A stretch of DNA of 12,741 nt. Origin: Candidatus Poribacteria bacterium (GTDB taxonomy: Bacteria > Poribacteria > WGA-4E > UBA9662). A model generated the notes under the pieces. It saw nothing but the letters and a program-made list of their open reading frames with translations. It had not been told where the DNA came from and did not search any database. Positions within the stretch are counted from its first letter, which is position 1; each line of letters starts with the position of its first letter. Of this stretch, positions 1 to 7,056 are shown one piece after another. The position numbers were made by a program, and so were the translations under genes. The stretch is taken from NCBI GenBank assembly GCA_036339735.1, contig JAYZAL010000059.1, positions 1 to 12,741 on the forward strand, written 5' to 3'.

Positions 1-763
1 CTTTTTGCATTAACTGAGTTGCTAATTCAATTTTATCGGTCTCAACAATGGAGTTTCCAATCTCATGACCTAGTGCTTTCAGGAAAGTATATGCCATACC
101 ACCACCAATTAGCAACTCGTCAATTGTGTTGATGAGATTGTTGATTACCCCAATCTTATCAGAGATCTTCGCTCCACCAATAATCGCCACAAACGGCCGT
201 TGGGGGTTTTCTAGTAATCCACCTAAGTAATCAATTTCTCTTTCCATTAATTGGCCTACAACCGACAATGGATAGTGGCTTCCGGTAGTCGATGCATGGG
301 CTCTATGAGCGGTACCGAAAGCGTCGTTAATAAAAATGTCAGCCAATTGTGCAAGTTTGGCAGCAAATGCAGGGTCATTATCTGTCTCTTGTGGATAAAA
401 GCGTACGTTTTCTAAAAGCAATACATCGCCTGATTCCATTTCTGAAACTATAGCTTCCACCTCTGAACCGATGCAATCTAGTGCATGTTTAACCCGTATA
501 CCAAGTAGTTTACTCAGATGCTCCGCGATTGGTAATGTTGAAAGCTTATCGTCAAAACCACTTGGCCTGCCCACGTGAGTGACTAAAATTACCTTCGCCT
601 GACTTGCCAGTAAGTGGTGAATAGTTGGTAGTGCTAAGCGGATACGGCTATCATCAATGATAGCACCATCATCGAGAGGTACATTGAAGTCAACTCGGAC
701 TAAAACTGAACGATCTTGGAAATCAATATCATTTAAGCGAAGCTTCTGTCTGTGGTTTTGCAT
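1..763 (-). CDS. pgk: Phosphoglycerate kinase, N-terminal ~254 codons (runs off the left edge of the window)
   Basis: Absent from the ORF track because it is truncated. Manual translation from ATG at 763 gives [89 protein letters not shown], all canonical PGK motifs. An AGGA SD lies 8 nt upstream. Confidence 0.97.
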   Translation of the reverse strand, partial: MQNHRQKLRLNDIDFQDRSVLVRVDFNVPLDDGAIIDDSRIRLALPTIHHLLASQAKVILVTHVGRPSGFDDKLSTLPIAEHLSKLLGIRVKHALDCIGSEVEAIVSEMESGDVLLLENVRFYPQETDNDPAFAAKLAQLADIFINDAFGTAHRAHASTTGSHYPLSVVGQLMEREIDYLGGLLENPQRPFVAIIGGAKISDKIGVINNLINTIDELLIGGGMAYTFLKALGHEIGNSIVETDKIELATQLMQK

Positions 764-845
764 GAATTTCGTCCTGTGTACTGTCTGATATGTTAGCTTG
801 GCTCGCTATTAGAATAGAATCATTTTCACAATAGGTTGCAGCCAT

Positions 846-875
846 AAAAAAAGTTGCTCCCGAAGAAGCAACTTT
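846..875 (-). terminator. Rho-independent terminator of the PFOR operon
   Basis: The minus strand reads AAAGTTGCTTC-TTCG-GGAGCAACTTT-TTTT: a ~10-11 bp stem (one G-U) with a cUUCGg tetraloop and a 7-U tract, about 56 nt after the stop at 932. Confidence 0.88.
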
Positions 876-931
876 GTAATTACGTTATATCAGTCTAACA
901 CCTGAGGTGTCAACTAAATACTGGTCGGTAT

Positions 932-2710
932 CTAGTTTTGTTTTTTCTTTGCCTTCAGTTTAGCTAACAAAGCAGCTTTTTGTTTGGCTGCATCGTCGTC
1001 AGCACCACCAGCTGAGGCTTTCATTGCTTTACGCTTAGCCATCAAAGCAGCTTTTTGTTTGGCTGCTGCGTCGGCACCGGCTGATGTTTTTTGTGTTGGC
1101 GTAGATTTTGTTACCTCATCTTTGGAGATGCCAGCTAATTCCTGTAGCAGGTGCCAGTTATCCAATCTCTCTTGCTTAGAAGCCAACAATTCTGGTGATG
1201 GATTTCCATCTTTATCGAAATGCTTGGAAAAACGACCTTCACTTCTAGCAAAGGTAACAAAATCGATGACTTCTCCGGTTTTCCGGATAGTATACCAATC
1301 CTCTTTCACTGATGGATTGCCTCTCAAGTCAAGCCTCTCTTTGATGCTATTACCCTTTCGTGGATCGTAAACAATCAAAGGGAATGCACGAGAATCGGCC
1401 GCCAACTTAGCTTGATGCATTGCCATGTTATCAGCAACACCGTGTTCCGGTTGACAAGTTGAATACGCAATCACCACCGATGGTCCATCGAATTCATTGG
1501 CTTCCATAATTGACCTATAGAAATGATTGAAATGAGCACAGGTTGTTTGCGCTACGTACACATTCGGATGCATTAGGCAGATGTTGGCTAACTCTTTCCG
1601 GCCTTCACTTTTCCCTTTTAGCTCTTTACCGTGATCAGCCATGTCTGACCTTTGTGCCATAAAGGTCGCCGTTGACGCTTGGCCGCCAGTATTAGAATAG
1701 ACTTGTGTATCCAGTACTAGAACGTTGATGTTCATCCCAGTCATGAGCATCCTTGACAAAGATTGGAACCCGATATCTAGAAAAGCTCCATCTCCACCAA
1801 CAACCCACAGCTTTTTATCTTCCCATCCCATCTGATCCCACCTCGACCGAACACCCATGGCAAAAGTTGCACCATTTTCAAATAGCGAGTTTGCCCAAGG
1901 AATTGTGTAGGGATTATAAGGATAGGTCGAAGTATACACCGTATTACACCCAGTAGATGCCACCATGCCGATGTTTTCAGGTCCATGAACGAATCCGGTG
2001 GCGGCCACCATCATTCGTAGAGCAGTCGCTTCTCCACACCCCATACAAGAACCAGCTCCACCGACGTACAGAAGAGAATCTGGACTAAGCATCATGTCAG
2101 TCAGTAGGCGATCGTTGATAAACCGCTTCGGTGTATCAGGTAGCCGGTTGTAAAAGTCAAAAGTGTCCTGGAATTGTTTAAGTGAACTGTCCGTCTTTGG
2201 AATCATAGACAAAGCCTGATGATCCCCACAGGCTTCGACGCATTCAGCACATCCTTTACATTTGGTAGGATCGATAAAGATACCAAACAATCCACCTTCC
2301 TCACCTTTTTTCTCTACGCTAGTCGTGTATTTCTGTGTCTCAGCAAAACGTGATTTAAAAATAGCATGTGCTGTTGGATCTTCAACACCATTGAGCTCAG
2401 ACTCTAATTCAGCTGGCTCGACAACTTTTCCCAAAATAGCTGTGTCAGGACACTCGATCACACATTCCATACAACCCACACAGTTCGACGGATCATATAG
2501 AGGTATTTCAGGTGCAATGTAACTAAAATCTCTATAGGCTCCCGTGCCTGCGGGGATAATACTTCTGGCAGTATGGACATCAGCTTCTAGGGCTAAAGGC
2601 CCAGAGCCTTCGTTATAGCCGTCAATTACACGACTGTTGAAATCTTCTACATCAACAAGAGTTTCGAGTCGATCTTCGATAGTTGGTGCGGTGGAAGGGA
2701 TTTTTTCCAT
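932..2710 (-). CDS. por: Pyruvate/2-oxoacid:ferredoxin oxidoreductase, 2x[4Fe-4S] ferredoxin + TPP-binding (delta/beta) subunit; corresponds to the C-terminal half of NifJ-type PFOR
   Basis: Ferredoxin motifs CVGCMECVIECP and CKGCAECVEACG. Proximal-cluster ligands GSCMGCGE, STGC and YSTC. TPP/Mg motif GGDGAFLDIGF...VLDTQVYSNTGGQ. An AAGGT SD lies upstream of the ATG. Confidence 0.93.
   Translation of the reverse strand: MEKIPSTAPTIEDRLETLVDVEDFNSRVIDGYNEGSGPLALEADVHTARSIIPAGTGAYRDFSYIAPEIPLYDPSNCVGCMECVIECPDTAILGKVVEPAELESELNGVEDPTAHAIFKSRFAETQKYTTSVEKKGEEGGLFGIFIDPTKCKGCAECVEACGDHQALSMIPKTDSSLKQFQDTFDFYNRLPDTPKRFINDRLLTDMMLSPDSLLYVGGAGSCMGCGEATALRMMVAATGFVHGPENIGMVASTGCNTVYTSTYPYNPYTIPWANSLFENGATFAMGVRSRWDQMGWEDKKLWVVGGDGAFLDIGFQSLSRMLMTGMNINVLVLDTQVYSNTGGQASTATFMAQRSDMADHGKELKGKSEGRKELANICLMHPNVYVAQTTCAHFNHFYRSIMEANEFDGPSVVIAYSTCQPEHGVADNMAMHQAKLAADSRAFPLIVYDPRKGNSIKERLDLRGNPSVKEDWYTIRKTGEVIDFVTFARSEGRFSKHFDKDGNPSPELLASKQERLDNWHLLQELAGISKDEVTKSTPTQKTSAGADAAAKQKAALMAKRKAMKASAGGADDDAAKQKAALLAKLKAKKKQN
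968..1066. repeat. Two exact 24-bp direct repeats (968-991 and 1043-1066, period 75 nt) encoding AAKQKAAL in the PFOR C-terminal tail
   Basis: CAAAGCAGCTTTTTGTTTGGCTGC occurs twice. The protein reads SAGADAAAKQKAALMAKRKAMKA / SAGGADDDAAKQKAALLAKLKAKKK. Confidence 0.9.
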
Positions 2711-2781
2711 TTTTTTACCTTATAAGTTGTTGAGCCTAAATTTCCTGTAACGTGGTGATTACTAGATCCGTTAGCTCAGTT

Positions 2782-3000
2782 CTAAAGTTCACCTTCATTT
2801 TTGAAAACATCACCATTTACCCGAATCTCGGGTAGGCCGAGTAGTGTCCAGTCAGGTCGTTTCCCAGCTTCTATAGCTTCAATTTCGCCTTCTGCAATTT
2901 CATGCTTCATTAGGCTTTGACCTTCATCATGAACTTTTTTTGAGGTCCAGCCATTTTCAGTTTTGCTATATTCGATGTAGTCGATGATCTTTCGTAGCAT
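2782..3000 (-). CDS. Small hypothetical protein (72 aa) inside the PFOR operon
   Basis: The ATG overlaps the upstream stop (TAATG) and is preceded by GGAG 5 nt upstream. The ORF fills most of the gap between the two PFOR subunit genes. It is hydrophilic, has no Cys, and I recognise no domain. Confidence 0.75.
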   Translation of the reverse strand: MLRKIIDYIEYSKTENGWTSKKVHDEGQSLMKHEIAEGEIEAIEAGKRPDWTLLGLPEIRVNGDVFKNEGEL

Positions 3001-4970
3001 TAGCTCTCCGTCAATGGAAGGTCTTTTACAATCGAAGTTTTTTCAATTATCTGACGAGGTATCTCAAAAACCTCTGAGTAACCACGACGAATCGCCTTCA
3101 GGTTATCGGTTATAACTTGTTCACCATGCCGTCCCCAGAAGCGTCGAATTACCGACTCAACTCTCTCAAACAACTGCTCCTCTGTCATGTTGAAATCTTT
3201 CAAGAATGGAGCACTTTTGAGGAATATACCCAGCAAAACGATTCCTTGCATTCTTTGCTGCAATTCCGCTTGAGTTGCAACGTCTCGGGCAATAGCGACT
3301 GTATCCAATGCAACCACTTGAATTTGCTTTTTGCGCACAATTTCCTGAGCATGGACGGGAATTGAATCCCAAATTTCTTGTGGGTCGGTTTTTGAACTCT
3401 GTAGAAAAACCATTCCTTTTTCTTGAAGACCTGCGAACGGATTGCCTGTATGGAAGGCATTTACGTCGTTGAGCGGCACAAATTCGACGTAGTTTAGTTC
3501 AGAATGAGTCCGAACAGGATCTTTAGATATTGTCAGGTAGTATGTGGTCGGCAAACCTGCCTTTTCAGATCCATACTTGGGATAAGCTTGAACGTAGAAT
3601 CCTAGTGAACCCAGAATAGTTGCAATTACTTTATTTGTGGTCACCGAACCATAACCACCCACTGAGTGGCCCCTCATAGAAAACGAGCCTGCAGTACGAT
3701 TGTCCGGATCTAATGGGGTGTCCAGTGATAATTCGTGTTTGATACCAATGACGAAGAAGCGTTTGGGTTCCTCTTTGCGCATGTTTTCAACCATCGAGAT
3801 AAAGTCTCCAGGACGGACATCCCGACTACCCAATCCACCAGCACCAGACAAGATATCAGGTACTCGATCAATTTTTGTATAACCTGGAGCACCGTTCATT
3901 GCATCTAGGAATGCTGACTTGATTTCAGCTGTCAACGGATTTGATTGTGCTAGTGGGTTATCCATTCGTTCCAGAACAGAAAAAGACTTGACATCTTTTA
4001 AGGACTCAACTATGGCTGGGCCTGGGAAAGGTCGAAAAACGGATATGTTGGTAACACCAACGGGTATTCCCATCTCTTCTCGGATGTAATCGACCGTGGC
4101 CATCGCAGTTTCAGATGCACCACCCATCGCCACGAGAGCATACTCGGCGTCATCCATTCGATAGTTCTCGACCATTGAGTAACGGCGACCGGTCAGCTCA
4201 AAAAAACTGTCCATCGCATTTTGCAGAGCTTCTGGCACTTGGTCATAGTAGTGACGTTGTGCAATCTTCCCTTTCATATAACTGTCTTGATTCTGAACTA
4301 CACCAATCATCATTGGGTTAGCAGTATCCATCAGATTTAGCAATTTTTCTGAAGAATGCCCAACATACTGTTTCATCATTTCTGGTTCTGGGTCGAATAC
4401 TGATTCGACAGTATGAGTGGTTAGAAACCCGTCCTGAACGTTGAAGAAAGGAGTATCGCTATCTTCTGCTGCCCGTCGAGAGATCAAGGCAAAATCACCA
4501 GCTTCCTGTGCATTTTTGGCGAAGATCATTCCCCACCCACAATCGGCTACCCCCATGACATCGTCGTGTCCAGCGTGAACGTTCAGTGAATGTGAGGTCA
4601 AGGCTCTTGCCCCAATGTGGAACACTATCGGTAGACGTTTACCGGAAATAGTGTAAAGGACTTCTTTCATCAAAATCAGCCCTTGACCAGAAGTGAAATT
4701 ACACACACGGCCACCGGCTAAGGCAAATCCTTCACAAGTTGAAGCTGCACTATGTTCCGATTCCAGTTCCATAAAGGCGAGCTTTTCTCCCCATAAATTT
4801 CTGAAACCATCTGCTACTAGCTTAGCGTATCCTTCCCCCATCTTCGAAGAAGATGTGATCGGGTATGCACAGGCTCCCTGTGTAATGTAAGTTTCAACAT
4901 ATACGACTGTCTCACCACCATCTCGTGTGTTGGGCACACCTGGGAAGGGGAAATCTTGGACTGCACTCAT
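3000..4970 (-). CDS. por: Pyruvate/2-oxoacid:ferredoxin oxidoreductase, alpha + gamma (domains I-II-III) subunit; corresponds to the N-terminal half of NifJ-type PFOR
   Basis: Motifs AYPITSSS, ELESEHSA, FTSGQGLILMKE, HIGARAL..HSLNVHAGHDD, QDGFLTTH, VFRPFP and GGLGSRD, plus gamma-domain GHSVGGYGSVTTNK and YGSEKAG. An AGGAG SD lies 8 nt upstream of the ATG. Confidence 0.93.
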   Translation of the reverse strand: MSAVQDFPFPGVPNTRDGGETVVYVETYITQGACAYPITSSSKMGEGYAKLVADGFRNLWGEKLAFMELESEHSAASTCEGFALAGGRVCNFTSGQGLILMKEVLYTISGKRLPIVFHIGARALTSHSLNVHAGHDDVMGVADCGWGMIFAKNAQEAGDFALISRRAAEDSDTPFFNVQDGFLTTHTVESVFDPEPEMMKQYVGHSSEKLLNLMDTANPMMIGVVQNQDSYMKGKIAQRHYYDQVPEALQNAMDSFFELTGRRYSMVENYRMDDAEYALVAMGGASETAMATVDYIREEMGIPVGVTNISVFRPFPGPAIVESLKDVKSFSVLERMDNPLAQSNPLTAEIKSAFLDAMNGAPGYTKIDRVPDILSGAGGLGSRDVRPGDFISMVENMRKEEPKRFFVIGIKHELSLDTPLDPDNRTAGSFSMRGHSVGGYGSVTTNKVIATILGSLGFYVQAYPKYGSEKAGLPTTYYLTISKDPVRTHSELNYVEFVPLNDVNAFHTGNPFAGLQEKGMVFLQSSKTDPQEIWDSIPVHAQEIVRKKQIQVVALDTVAIARDVATQAELQQRMQGIVLLGIFLKSAPFLKDFNMTEEQLFERVESVIRRFWGRHGEQVITDNLKAIRRGYSEVFEIPRQIIEKTSIVKDLPLTES

Positions 4971-5128
4971 TTTGTTGTCTCCTGCGTCTACTCAATTCTG
5001 AACCACCTCGACCATCAAAATTACGAGGTTGGACAAGACCAGTTCTGACCCGAACCGTCTCAATTAGCTATTGCCTAACCTTGTCAGAAAACGATTTTTT
5101 AGCCTTACGGCTCAATCAACAGAGACAA
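4971..5128 (-). promoter_or_regulatory. Candidate structured 5' leader RNA of the PFOR operon
   Basis: Three hairpins by eye (5101-5112 with a GUAA loop, 5043-5089, 5003-5032) plus a possible closing stem, 5119-5128 with 4975-4985, that covers the SD. Confidence 0.45.
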
Positions 5129-5130
5129 TA

Positions 5131-5159
5131 AGACTACCATATCTAATGATGAAAAACAA
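5131..5159 (-). promoter_or_regulatory. Putative sigma70-type promoter for the PFOR operon
   Basis: The minus strand reads TTGTTT (5159-5154), 17 nt, then TAGTCT (5136-5131), with a TGn extended -10. Confidence 0.5.
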
Positions 5160-5210
5160 CTGCATTCTTCGGTTAGACCCACGAGGGGTTTTGGTCAATA
5201 CCCCTTGGTA

Positions 5211-5239
5211 TTGGGTGATTTTTTATGATATTTTATGCT
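5211..5239 (+). promoter_or_regulatory. Putative sigma70-type promoter for the histidine kinase gene
   Basis: TTGGGT (5211-5216), 17 nt, then TATGCT (5234-5239), 23 nt before the ATG at 5263. Confidence 0.35.
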
Positions 5240-5262
5240 AGTTTGATTTGCAGCGATAGCAT

Positions 5263-7056
5263 ATGAGTATTAGATTAAGATTGTTCCTAAGCCATGTTGT
5301 TATTATTTTCTTGATCTTGGTGGGAATATACTTTTTCCTAGATTTTTCCTTAACTGATCTACTTTCCAAAAACATCGATACCCAACTACTAAGTCAAGCT
5401 GAAATGAGTCGTGATTTTTTATCTTACGTCTTACCAGATGTCGCTGACTACACCTATCAGCAGATTGATAGTTACGTTGATAAACTGCAAACTAGTCAGC
5501 CAGGTAATCGAGTTAGCTTTATCGATTTAGATGGTAAGGTTTGGGGCGACAGTAAACAAAACGGAGAGAACTTAGAGAATATGGATGACCACAGCAAACG
5601 TCCAGAAATTATAGAGGCGATTGCTGAAGGATGCGGGACTAGTGAAAGATTTAGCGATACTTTAAAAAGAGATCTTCGCTATTGTGCTTTATTAATAGAG
5701 CGTGACAGTAAACCGATTGGTATTTGTCGAGTTTCTATGGATGTCGAATCAATACAGGTAACGCCAGTAAAAGTCAAAAAAAATATCTTGTTATCGGCGT
5801 TCTTTGGATTATTCGTAGCCGTTATCTTAGCTACTATTTCAGCCCAAGCTATAACCTCACCGTTGCAGAAGGTACGAGAAACTGCTGATGAAATTGCCCG
5901 TGGTAACATCCAGTCCAGGGTAAAAATCCCACCTGGAAAGGATCTAGCCGACTTTACTCGCTACTTTAACCAGATGGTAGATCAAGTTCAAGAACAGTTA
6001 GACAGATCTCATCAAGAACGTAACCGGCTAGAGACAATTCTATCAAGCATGAATGAAGGGGTTTTAATGGTCAATGATCAGTCTGAGATTATCTATGCAA
6101 ATTCGGCGGCCCAACGATTACTCAATTTGTCCGATCAGTCAATCGGTCAAAGTTTAATTGAAGCTAATCGGAATCCGCAGCTGTATAATTTATTCCAAAT
6201 GGTGAATGTAGATAGAAAATCGGCGACGGACGAATTGAAGTTAGATCCCATGGAAGCTAGAGAAACCCAGGTGACAGTCGTACCACTGAAAACTAAAAAT
6301 GAATCTTTAATATTGTTTTTCGATGTTTCCCAATTACGACAATTGGAAAGAATGAGGAGTGATTTTGTAGTCAACGTATCCCATGAATTAAGGACTCCTT
6401 TGACGACTATTGAAGGATACTCGGAGATTCTGTTAGATACTGGATTAGAAAGCCAGCAAAAACAATTTGTTGAGAAAATCCTTCAACAGTCCGGGCAAAT
6501 GGCTTTACTTGTTTCCGATCTTCTCAGGCTTGCTCGCCTCGAATCTGGAGCTGCTCCATTGGAACGAGAGTCCTGCTCGCTAGATGATTTCTATCAACCA
6601 TTGATTGATATATTTGCTCCCATTATTGAAGACGAAGAGCTAAAACTGGAATGGTCGATGCCAGAAACATTACCAGCTGTTTTCGTTGACCCAAAGCTGA
6701 TTCGTCAAATTTTTGTCAATCTAGTGGATAATGCTATAAAATACACCGAGAAAGGAAACGTGATTTCTGTTAGCGCAAAAATTGACAACAGCATGATCCA
6801 ATGTGTGGTAAACGATAATGGAGTTGGAATTCCTAAATCAGCTATTCCGAGGGTTTTTGAAAGATTCTATCGTGTAGACAAAGCTCGAAGTCGGAGTGTG
6901 TCTGGTACAGGCCTTGGCTTATCGATTTGTAAGCACATATGCCTTCAACATGGAGGAGCTGTCTGGGTAGAAAGCGAAGTTGGAAAGGGATCGAGTTTCT
7001 ACTTTACTCTACCAATTTATCGACCAGAAATACACCACCCCTCGGTAGTCGGCTGA
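5263..7056 (+). CDS. phoR: PhoR-like membrane sensor histidine kinase (TM - extracytoplasmic Cache-like domain - TM - HAMP - PAS - HisKA - HATPase)
   Basis: Two hydrophobic segments. ENMDDHSKRPEI resembles the motif of long PhoR sensors. Also LSSMNEGV (PAS start), H-box FVVNVSHELRTPLT, N-box NLVDNAIKYT, DNGVGIP, FERFYRVDKARSR and GTGLGLSI. The kinase call is certain; PhoR orthology is inferred. Confidence 0.8.
   Translation: MSIRLRLFLSHVVIIFLILVGIYFFLDFSLTDLLSKNIDTQLLSQAEMSRDFLSYVLPDVADYTYQQIDSYVDKLQTSQPGNRVSFIDLDGKVWGDSKQNGENLENMDDHSKRPEIIEAIAEGCGTSERFSDTLKRDLRYCALLIERDSKPIGICRVSMDVESIQVTPVKVKKNILLSAFFGLFVAVILATISAQAITSPLQKVRETADEIARGNIQSRVKIPPGKDLADFTRYFNQMVDQVQEQLDRSHQERNRLETILSSMNEGVLMVNDQSEIIYANSAAQRLLNLSDQSIGQSLIEANRNPQLYNLFQMVNVDRKSATDELKLDPMEARETQVTVVPLKTKNESLILFFDVSQLRQLERMRSDFVVNVSHELRTPLTTIEGYSEILLDTGLESQQKQFVEKILQQSGQMALLVSDLLRLARLESGAAPLERESCSLDDFYQPLIDIFAPIIEDEELKLEWSMPETLPAVFVDPKLIRQIFVNLVDNAIKYTEKGNVISVSAKIDNSMIQCVVNDNGVGIPKSAIPRVFERFYRVDKARSRSVSGTGLGLSICKHICLQHGGAVWVESEVGKGSSFYFTLPIYRPEIHHPSVVG

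Noticed and set aside
814..831. Full Rex operator upstream of pgk
   Set aside because: Only the TTGTGAA half matches; the second half is not TTCACAA.
968..1066. 24-bp direct repeats as a mini CRISPR array
   Set aside because: There are only two copies, they are in-frame in a coding region, the flanks are also similar at protein level, and there are no cas genes.
984..2522. Alternative ORFs 984-1370(+), 1753-1956(+), 1777-1986(-) and 2262-2522(+)
   Set aside because: They lie wholly within the well-supported PFOR beta gene, are antisense or off-frame shadows, and have no motifs.
2711..3000. PFOR split as a frameshift, pseudogene or insertion element
   Set aside because: Both halves have intact motifs, clean stop/start and their own SD. 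The intervening DNA holds a coupled ORF and shows no terminal inverted repeats or transposase features.
3117..4890. Short ORFs overlapping the PFOR alpha/gamma gene
   Set aside because: Shadow ORFs without recognisable protein features.
4971..5128. TPP riboswitch (plausible a priori for a TPP enzyme) or another known riboswitch
   Set aside because: A TGAGA is present, but the following ACCC..ACCTGA..TAAT..CGTAGG core is missing. I saw no FMN, cobalamin, glycine, c-di-GMP or c-di-AMP consensus by eye; cmscan is needed to be definitive.
4925..5131. 68-aa plus-strand ORF across the PFOR leader
   Set aside because: It overlaps the PFOR start antisense, has a non-ATG start, and has no protein-like features. 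The region is better explained as a promoter and leader.
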